The notes beneath the pieces are model-generated. The model was not told where the DNA came from, did no database searches, and saw nothing but the letters and a program-made list of their open reading frames with translations. From positions 1-12,872 of the forward strand of contig JAIXNB010000002.1 of assembly GCA_020697515.1 (NCBI GenBank): a DNA stretch of 12,872 bases, given 5' to 3'. Shown piece by piece: positions 7,898-12,872 of the stretch (positions within the stretch are counted from its first letter, which is position 1; every line of letters starts with the position of its first letter). The position numbers were made by a program, and so were the translations under genes. The DNA is from Nanobdellota archaeon. Its GTDB lineage: Archaea > Nanobdellota > Nanobdellia > Nanobdellales > Nanobdellaceae.

Positions 7898-7922
7898 ATC
7901 TGACTCCTCCCCGTCCTAAAGG
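7898..7922. repeat. GC-rich 25-mer atctgactcctccccgtcctaaagg, an inverted copy of 91-117. It lies at the 5' edge of the structured RNA core.
   Basis: See the entry for 91-117. This copy includes the first hairpin (cgtcc-taaa-ggacg) of the RNA core. Confidence 0.75.
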
Positions 7923-8089
7923 ACGAGGGTTCCCCATAGGGGAACCACCATCGCACCCGTCTCACGACGGGGTCATCGGCTCGGTTGGTGTCATTGAGCT
8001 GGGTCAGAGCAGCCCTCTGTTATCATTATTGCAAGAAAAGGAAAAGAAATCTACTATCTGCCATGAAGGGTGAGGCTTCACGGTTGTGA

Positions 8090-8095
8090 TTTTTT
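8090..8095 (+). terminator. T6 run, a candidate archaeal oligo-T terminator for the + strand RNA candidate.
   Basis: It is the only run of 4 or more T after ~300 nt that are free of T4. It is preceded by the small hairpin gtga-ggct-tcac (8070-8081). Confidence 0.4.
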
Positions 8096-8320
8096 GGCTC
8101 AGATATTTTAAGACAAGTTAAATATTGAAAAGTCTGAAATCGGAAAAAGACGGGATTTATAATGTATTGAAGTGGCAAATAGACTAAAAATCATCTTTGT
8201 TTCTATTTTCAAAGTTAGGTATTTACTTTTTATAGTTCTTGGTAATTATAACATCTTGAGATAAACTCTATCAAAGCAGTATATAGGCTCTTTTATGCGA
8301 TGATGAGATGATATGATGAT

Positions 8321-9547
8321 CTATGTATCTGTTATCTCGATTCCTTCTGGTCTCCAATAAGGATCTATAGTATTTATACCCTTCACACTTTTTTTAAACC
8401 ACAAAATACCCGTCCAGGAAATCATTGCTCCATTATCATTAGCAAAATCTAAAGGCACTGTTCCAAATTTTATTTTCCTCTCTTCACACATTGATTTTAG
8501 CATACTTTGTAATCTTCTATTAGCAGCGACTCCTCCAGTTAATCCTACCTCTTTCTTATTCAAATGGGCTACTGCTCTCTCTACAATTTCTGTTAACATT
8601 GCAAATATGTGCTCTTGGATGGAGTAGGATAAGTCTTCTAGAGAAATATTTCTATCTCTATCTAACAGATTCTTGATATAAGTATAGATCCCTCCAAGAT
8701 GAATATCCATTCCTTTGACTGTATAGGGGAGCTCTATTAACTTTTTTCCCTTTTCTGCCAGCTTTTCGATTTTCGGACCAGCGGGAAATCCCAAACTTAG
8801 CAACCTTCCTATTTTGTCCAGAAAATTTCCTACTCCTATATCTAAGGTCTCCCCAAATACCCTGTATCTACCTCCTTCATAGGCCAATACCATCGTATTT
8901 GCTCCAGATACCAGTAATATCACAGGATCTTTAAAGTTGTTATATAGTTTAACAATTTCTATATGAGCTATTAGATGATTAACTCCAATTATTTTTATAT
9001 TTAAAGTATTTGATAATTCCTTTGCCAAAAAAGCACCCTGAACTAGTGTTGGATACAATCCGGGTCCCGCTGAGTATGATATTAGGTTTATTTTTCTTTC
9101 AAAGTTATTTAAATCTCTTTTAATTCTATTAAAAATTTTATTTAGCTTTTTTTCAATTTCTTCATCTGTAGATTTTATTTTTTGATCTTCCACCCAAACT
9201 TCTACTCCATCATTCAGAATTAGATATCTATACCTATTCCATGGTTCCTCGTGAAATCTCTCAAAAACTGTAAATTTATTTTCTAAATATTTCTTTAATT
9301 CATATAAAACATCAACAAAACAAAGTTTATCACCAACTTTTATTTTTACAAATCCAGCATTATTTAACGCTTTTTTTAAGACGTTAATAGCTTCTTTAGA
9401 ATGTAATTCAGCGGCTTCTCTAGGATGCACTCCTCCTTTCTCAGTTTTGAAAATAACTCTAGTGTTTGAATATATTTTACCTCTTTCGTCAACAATTCCT
9501 ATAGAAAACGTATGTGCTGTACATTCTATACCTAGTGAGATTATCAT
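8321..9547 (-). CDS. kae1: Kae1 (tRNA N6-threonylcarbamoyladenosine transferase, KEOPS catalytic subunit) carrying an ~85-aa internal insertion.
   Basis: Family motifs are present: MIISLGIECTAHTFSIGIV, GGVHPREAAELH, SAGPGL, GVNHLIAHIE (the HxxxH metal site), YRVFGETLDIGVGNFLDK, LPYTVKGMD, TGGVAANRRL and NDNGAMI. It is 408 aa against the usual ~325-340 aa. Confidence 0.9.
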   Translation of the reverse strand: MIISLGIECTAHTFSIGIVDERGKIYSNTRVIFKTEKGGVHPREAAELHSKEAINVLKKALNNAGFVKIKVGDKLCFVDVLYELKKYLENKFTVFERFHEEPWNRYRYLILNDGVEVWVEDQKIKSTDEEIEKKLNKIFNRIKRDLNNFERKINLISYSAGPGLYPTLVQGAFLAKELSNTLNIKIIGVNHLIAHIEIVKLYNNFKDPVILLVSGANTMVLAYEGGRYRVFGETLDIGVGNFLDKIGRLLSLGFPAGPKIEKLAEKGKKLIELPYTVKGMDIHLGGIYTYIKNLLDRDRNISLEDLSYSIQEHIFAMLTEIVERAVAHLNKKEVGLTGGVAANRRLQSMLKSMCEERKIKFGTVPLDFANDNGAMISWTGILWFKKSVKGINTIDPYWRPEGIEITDT

Positions 9548-9746
9548 AAAGAATATTCACAGTTAAATTTTTAGTATAGTTTTTATGTAACATGATAAGA
9601 AGGATGCGCTACTATTTTAGTGGAGGTAGCCTGATAACCTATACCCAAATATATTTCTATGATCTCTCCCCACTTTAGGGAATAGGATTAAAACGATTAA
9701 AACATTGATGTTATAATTTAATTTTTAATTATAATTTTGATTAAAT

Positions 9747-10175
9747 ATGGAAGAATACATCTTTGCTGATGGTGTTTTCGTGGGAAAAGATATTTTAACA
9801 ATATATGAAGGGCTATACTTATTAGAAAGTCGAAAAATAAAGGTTTATGATAAATATGGAAAAGAACTAGATATAACTGATATATTAACAGAGGACCTCA
9901 AAAAAAGATATATAGTCTATAAATTTTTGAAAGAAAGAAATATAATATTTGGGGCGGGTATGAAATTCGGTGGAACTTTTAGAGTTTATGAGAATCCAGG
10001 AGATGACCACTCTAAGTGGATATGTTTCCCAGTATATAAAAACGAAAAGTTTACAATATATGAATTCTTAGCAAAAAATAGAGTCGCACATAGCACCAGG
10101 AAAACATTACTAATATCTATAGTAGATAAAGACAAAATAAGAAAATTTTTAGAAATAAAATGGAAAAAGTTGTAG
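9747..10175 (+). CDS. endA: tRNA-splicing endonuclease, catalytic (alpha) subunit.
   Basis: GGTFRVYENPGDDHSKW...NRVAHSTRKTLLISIV matches the EndA catalytic core, with the Tyr in RVY, the His in HSK and the Lys in RK. It is small (142 aa). Confidence 0.88.
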   Translation: MEEYIFADGVFVGKDILTIYEGLYLLESRKIKVYDKYGKELDITDILTEDLKKRYIVYKFLKERNIIFGAGMKFGGTFRVYENPGDDHSKWICFPVYKNEKFTIYEFLAKNRVAHSTRKTLLISIVDKDKIRKFLEIKWKKL

Positions 10176-10648
10176 TATATAAAGAAAATAATTATTTCTG
10201 GACTAGTAAGAATAATTATAATATCTTGTACAAGTTAGGGAAAGTTGTAGGGAGAAGGGTTATATACTCACCAGAGGAAGTCCTATATCTCATAGAGAAA
10301 GAGAAAATAATTGTTAAAGATGGAGATAAAGTAATTGATAGCAAAATGGAGTTCTTATATACATATAAGAATAATATAAACATAAAGAAATTCCTTGTAC
10401 TTAGGAGACTGAGAGATGTCGGATATTATGTTGATATAGTTCCTGAAGGAGTCTTAGTTCATATGAAAGGAGAAAGATGGAACCCGATTTATTTGGCAGT
10501 TCCATACCATGAATACGAGATTATAGATTGGGAAAACATACTTAAACATTTAGAGAGTGCAAAAAGATATAAATCTAAACTTTTGCTGGCACTGATAGAT
10601 ATAGAGTTAGATATTGTGTTTTATGAAGTCTTAGAGCTTAGGTTTTAA
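10160..10648 (+). CDS. tRNA-splicing endonuclease, structural (beta) subunit paralog.
   Basis: It has the EndA-like core LVLRRLRDVGYYV...AKRYKSKLLLALIDIELDIVFYEV. It lacks the RVY Tyr and HS His of the catalytic triad. Its first 16 nt overlap the end of the alpha gene, which suggests translational coupling. Confidence 0.72.
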   Translation: MEKVVVYKENNYFWTSKNNYNILYKLGKVVGRRVIYSPEEVLYLIEKEKIIVKDGDKVIDSKMEFLYTYKNNINIKKFLVLRRLRDVGYYVDIVPEGVLVHMKGERWNPIYLAVPYHEYEIIDWENILKHLESAKRYKSKLLLALIDIELDIVFYEVLELRF

Positions 10649-10671
10649 TTAGGAAGTTGATATGAAGGAAG

Positions 10672-11232
10672 ATGATTAAAATTACAGAAGGCTGGCATGC
10701 AGAAATATTCCTAACGAAAAGAGGGACTATTATAAAAAAGTTTAAACCAGGATTAGAAAAGAACTTTTATAAAGAATGTTATTTTTTGAAGAAACTGCAA
10801 AATTACAATTTCGTACCCCGTCTATTGAGGTGCTATCCTAAAAGTTTGGAGGTAGAGATGGAATACATAGAAGGTACAGCATTTGGGAAATTAATAAGAT
10901 TAAGAGATATCTACAGTATAAGACAGATAATTCTAAAAATACTAGACATACTATATCTACTAGATATCAGTAATATACAAAAAGAGGAATTAAACAGACC
11001 TCATAAACATATAATAATTAATGGGGAACGAATTGTTTTGATAGATTGGGAAAGAGCAAAGGAGACTAATAAACCTTCAAATATAACGCAGTTTATATCT
11101 TTTTTGGTAAATTGTAGGGATCTTAATAAAATGGGTATACCTAAGAGTAGAGAATCTATTTTAGAACTATCCAGAAACTACAAAATAAGTTACTCCAGGA
11201 AGATTTTAGGCAAAATAAAATCGGTAGTTTGA
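10672..11232 (+). CDS. Small atypical protein-kinase-fold protein, Bud32/RIO-like (possible KEOPS Bud32 equivalent), with a divergent catalytic loop.
   Basis: EGWHAEIF resembles the Bud32 GAEA-x-I-Y/F P-loop. IIKKF contains the lysine, and EMEYIEG is the hinge. The HxDLxxxN position reads QKEELNRPHKH, and DFG is replaced by DWE. It is the third gene in the endA operon and lies close to kae1. Confidence 0.55.
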   Translation: MIKITEGWHAEIFLTKRGTIIKKFKPGLEKNFYKECYFLKKLQNYNFVPRLLRCYPKSLEVEMEYIEGTAFGKLIRLRDIYSIRQIILKILDILYLLDISNIQKEELNRPHKHIIINGERIVLIDWERAKETNKPSNITQFISFLVNCRDLNKMGIPKSRESILELSRNYKISYSRKILGKIKSVV

Positions 11233-11446
11233 TCTCTCACTCATCTCACAAAAGTAACATTTCCATTATACTAAATTCTTTACTACACCCACATATTTTA
11301 CAGAGATATCATTTTGGTCTGAACGTCATTGGGTAAGGACTCTGAAGATTCTTTTCATAAAAGCATAAACTCTTTGTTTTATAGAACTATAGAAAAGGTC
11401 CTTTCAGTTATTAAGTAATAAATTTTTGATTAACAATAAGATTTAA

Positions 11447-12872
11447 ATGCCCATACAACTGAGAGAGTACCAAAGGAACATTTTGCAAACTTGTCTACAA
11501 AAAAATACTTTAGTTATTTTACCAACTGGAATGGGAAAAACTATAATTGCATTCTTTTTAATAATAAACCAGCTAAAGAAATTTCCGGATCAAAAGATAT
11601 TCTTCTTAGCTCCAACAAAACCATTAGTCAACCAACATTACCAAAACTTTATTCAATCTTTTCCAGAGTATAGGCCAGAGTCTATAGTTATCACTGGTGA
11701 ACTCAGACCGGAGAGAAGGGAGATTATGTACAAAACTGCAAGAATCATATTTGTTACACCACAAACATTACAGAACGATATAATCGAAGGACGAGTGGAT
11801 TTTTATAATTCCTCTACAATAATTTTTGATGAGGCCCACCGAGCTGTTGGGAAATATGCTTACGTATTTATTGCAAAAAAATTTATAGAGCAGTCCCCAA
11901 ATCCTAGAATATTGGCTCTTACAGCATCTCCCGGCTGGAACCTAGAGAAGATACAGCAAGTAGTTAACAATCTATTTATAGAGGCCATAGAAATCAGAAT
12001 AGGTTATGAAAAGGATATCAGACCCTACATAAAGAAAATAGACATAAAAAAGGTAGATGTTATATTAAATGATGAATTACTTTCTGTAAAAAGGCTATTA
12101 GATGATGCAATTAATTTCAGATGGCAACGGCTAAAGGAATTATTGGATATAAATAAGGCTAAGGGAAAAAAGGAACTTTTAGATCTACATGAAGAACTTC
12201 GGAAAAGGTTATCTCAAGATCCCCGAGATATAAAAATAAGAAACGCTTTAATCATATTAGGAGAGATAATAAAAATAGAACATGCTCTAGAACTTTTAGA
12301 GACCCAAACATTATATACTTTTTATGAATATTTTAATGATTTGAAAGAGCGTTCTGAGTTATCAAGATCTAAGACTATTCGTAACGTATTAGAGGATATA
12401 AGGATTAGAAAGGCTCTGTTACTTGCAAGAGAATATTTAAATAAAGGAATCGAACATCCCAAATTAAATAGGCTTGTTGAAATTGTAAAGAGCAATAAAG
12501 ATAAGAAAATAATAATTTTTGCCCAGATTAGGAAGACAGTGGACAGAATTAAGGAATATTTAGAGAAGGAAGGAATTTCTGCTCAGAAATTTACTGGTAA
12601 GAAGGAAATGAAGCAATCGGATCAAGTAAAGGTATTAAAAGAATTCGCAAAAGGAAAGTTCAATGTATTAATAGCAACATCTATAGGAGAAGAAGGAATA
12701 GATATTCCGAAGGTTGATGTGGTTATATTCTATGAACCTGTTCCATCTGAAATAAGATCCATACAAAGAAGGGGTCGTACAGGGAGAACAGATGTAGGTA
12801 ATGTTATCATACTTGTAACGAAAGGGACTAGGGATGAAGTATTCTATTGGGTTGCTATCAACAAAGAAAGGA
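11447..12872 (+). CDS. hef: Hef/FANCM-type SF2 helicase (ERCC4-like helicase), N-terminal helicase part. The ORF continues beyond the window end.
   Basis: My translation from ATG 11447 gives MPIQLREYQRNILQTCLQKNTLVILPTGMGKT (motif I). It continues through FFLAPTKPLVNQH, IFVTPQTLQNDI, IIFDEAHRAVG (DEAH), LALTASPG, VLIATSIGEEGIDIP, IQRRGRTGR (motif VI) and GTRDEVFYW. The frame stays open to 12872. It is absent from the track because no stop lies in the window. Confidence 0.88.
   Translation, partial: MPIQLREYQRNILQTCLQKNTLVILPTGMGKTIIAFFLIINQLKKFPDQKIFFLAPTKPLVNQHYQNFIQSFPEYRPESIVITGELRPERREIMYKTARIIFVTPQTLQNDIIEGRVDFYNSSTIIFDEAHRAVGKYAYVFIAKKFIEQSPNPRILALTASPGWNLEKIQQVVNNLFIEAIEIRIGYEKDIRPYIKKIDIKKVDVILNDELLSVKRLLDDAINFRWQRLKELLDINKAKGKKELLDLHEELRKRLSQDPRDIKIRNALIILGEIIKIEHALELLETQTLYTFYEYFNDLKERSELSRSKTIRNVLEDIRIRKALLLAREYLNKGIEHPKLNRLVEIVKSNKDKKIIIFAQIRKTVDRIKEYLEKEGISAQKFTGKKEMKQSDQVKVLKEFAKGKFNVLIATSIGEEGIDIPKVDVVIFYEPVPSEIRSIQRRGRTGRTDVGNVIILVTKGTRDEVFYWVAINKER

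Larger units (their letters stand above)
7793..8095 (+). ncRNA. Unclassified structured RNA candidate. The outer bounds span ~300 nt, with a helix-dense core at ~7892-8026.
   Basis: No ORF longer than 16 codons occurs on either strand. Exact helices visible are: cgtcc/ggacg (7912-7916/7921-7925), ggttcccc/ggggaacc (7928-7935/7939-7946), cccgtc/gacggg (7956-7961/7966-7971), and gctc/gagc (7979-7982/7996-7999). Closing pairs are tctgac/gtcaga (7899-7904/8003-8008) and atgat/atcat (7892-7896/8022-8026). A possible terminal helix is gaagcc/ggcttc (7793-7798/8074-8079). There is no T4 run on the + strand from 7793 to 8089, then T6 at 8090-8095. The opposite strand has four T4-5 runs in the same span. 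Confidence 0.5.

Noticed and set aside
91-7922. Inverted repeats as termini of a composite mobile element.
   Set aside because: The 7.8 kb between them carries only essential housekeeping genes (pheS, pheT, serS, eS26). There is no transposase or integrase, and I saw no target-site duplication.
7612-8030. tRNA, tRNA half or permuted tRNA in the GC islands (also at 85-125).
   Set aside because: No T-loop (GTTCRANYC) or D-arm consensus appears on either strand anywhere in the window. ggttcccc-ata-ggggaacc followed by ACCA looks like a minihelix, but the loop and stem sizes do not fit a T-arm/acceptor stack.
7793-8095. SRP (7S) RNA, which has the right size class and paired ends.
   Set aside because: I could not find the universally conserved helix-8 element (..CAGG..GGAA tetraloop..AGCA..). 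GGGUCAGAGCAGCCC (8001-8015) contains both loop strings but no intervening stem-tetraloop. There is also no recognisable Alu-domain UGUAA-type turn on the + strand. A covariance-model search is needed before this is excluded for good.
7793-8160. RNase P RNA.
   Set aside because: There is no CR-I (GAGGAAAGUCC) / CR-V (ACAGAA..CGGCUUA) pair able to form P4. The closest string, gaaaagtctgaaatcgg (8124-8140), lies after the T6 terminator and has no partner.
8108-8194. 28-codon ORF on the - strand (MIFSLFATSIHYKSRLFPISDFSIFNLS).
   Set aside because: It is very short and has AT-driven composition. I saw no recognisable motif or TATA-like block at the right spacing.
8297-8320. Two perfect C-box heptamers AUGAUGA (8300-8306 and 8313-8319) in gcgatgatgagatgatatgatgat.
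   Set aside because: No CUGA D or D' box occurs at the required ~12-nt spacing, or anywhere in the next 60 nt. It is more likely a GAT-rich simple repeat abutting the kae1 stop.
7576-8320. Replication origin, suggested by the long ORF-free spacer.
   Set aside because: There are no multiple ORB or mini-ORB repeats; the only loose resemblance is a single tccaatatgtgggaaa at 7822-7837. No orc1/cdc6 gene is adjacent. The most conspicuous parts are GC-rich hairpins rather than an A/T unwinding element flanked by repeats.
9098-9352. Intein or intron as the cause of the Kae1 insertion.
   Set aside because: There is no Cys/Ser/Thr at the upstream junction paired with a His-Asn at the downstream junction, and no intein blocks. 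The insert is in frame with normal composition, and no bulge-helix-bulge is evident.
9592-9634. C/D-box-like arrangement AUGAUAA ... CUGA, with a TATA-like block ~26 nt upstream.
   Set aside because: The C box is imperfect, there are no internal D'/C' boxes, and the 32-nt spacing is shorter than in canonical archaeal C/D sRNAs. ATGATAA is expected several times by chance at this base composition.
11491-11673. 60-aa track ORF.
   Set aside because: It is out of frame inside the hef helicase reading frame, which starts at 11447 and carries helicase motifs I to VI.

Overview
This is an AT-rich, tightly packed archaeal chromosome segment. It carries an archaeal two-subunit PheRS, SerRS, ribosomal protein eS26, Kae1, a two-gene (alpha/beta) tRNA-splicing endonuclease, a small Bud32-like kinase, a Hef-type helicase, a CcdA/thioredoxin pair and a Pol-beta-type nucleotidyltransferase. 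Together, eS26 and a heteromeric splicing endonuclease suggest a TACK- or Nanoarchaeota-like lineage. Small proteins, overlapping genes and TATA-like A/T blocks about 25 nt before several ATGs fit a reduced genome with mostly leaderless mRNAs. I support 13 coding regions; two are cut by the window edges, and the Hef gene is missing from the ORF track because it runs off the end. Most of the window is ordinary housekeeping. Coding genes do not explain a 745-nt ORF-free gap (7576-8320). It holds GC-rich, helix-dense islands in an otherwise ~70% AT context, which is the usual signature of structural RNA genes in AT-rich thermophiles. One candidate of roughly 300 nt (core ~135 nt) has a TATA-like box, no T4 run on the + strand and a T6 terminator. 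I could not assign it to tRNA, 5S, SRP or RNase P RNA by eye. The 5' part of its core (7898-7922) is a near-perfect inverted copy of a GC-rich 27-mer at 91-117, so + strand transcripts of the two loci could form a ~25-bp duplex. That is reminiscent of how separately encoded RNA halves are paired in Nanoarchaeum, and the splicing endonuclease genes lie 1.8 kb away. This link is inference only. Secondary observations are an ~85-aa insertion in Kae1, a ~60-80-aa insertion in SerRS, and altered catalytic motifs in the kinase-like protein. No rRNA, canonical tRNA, CRISPR array or mobile element was seen.
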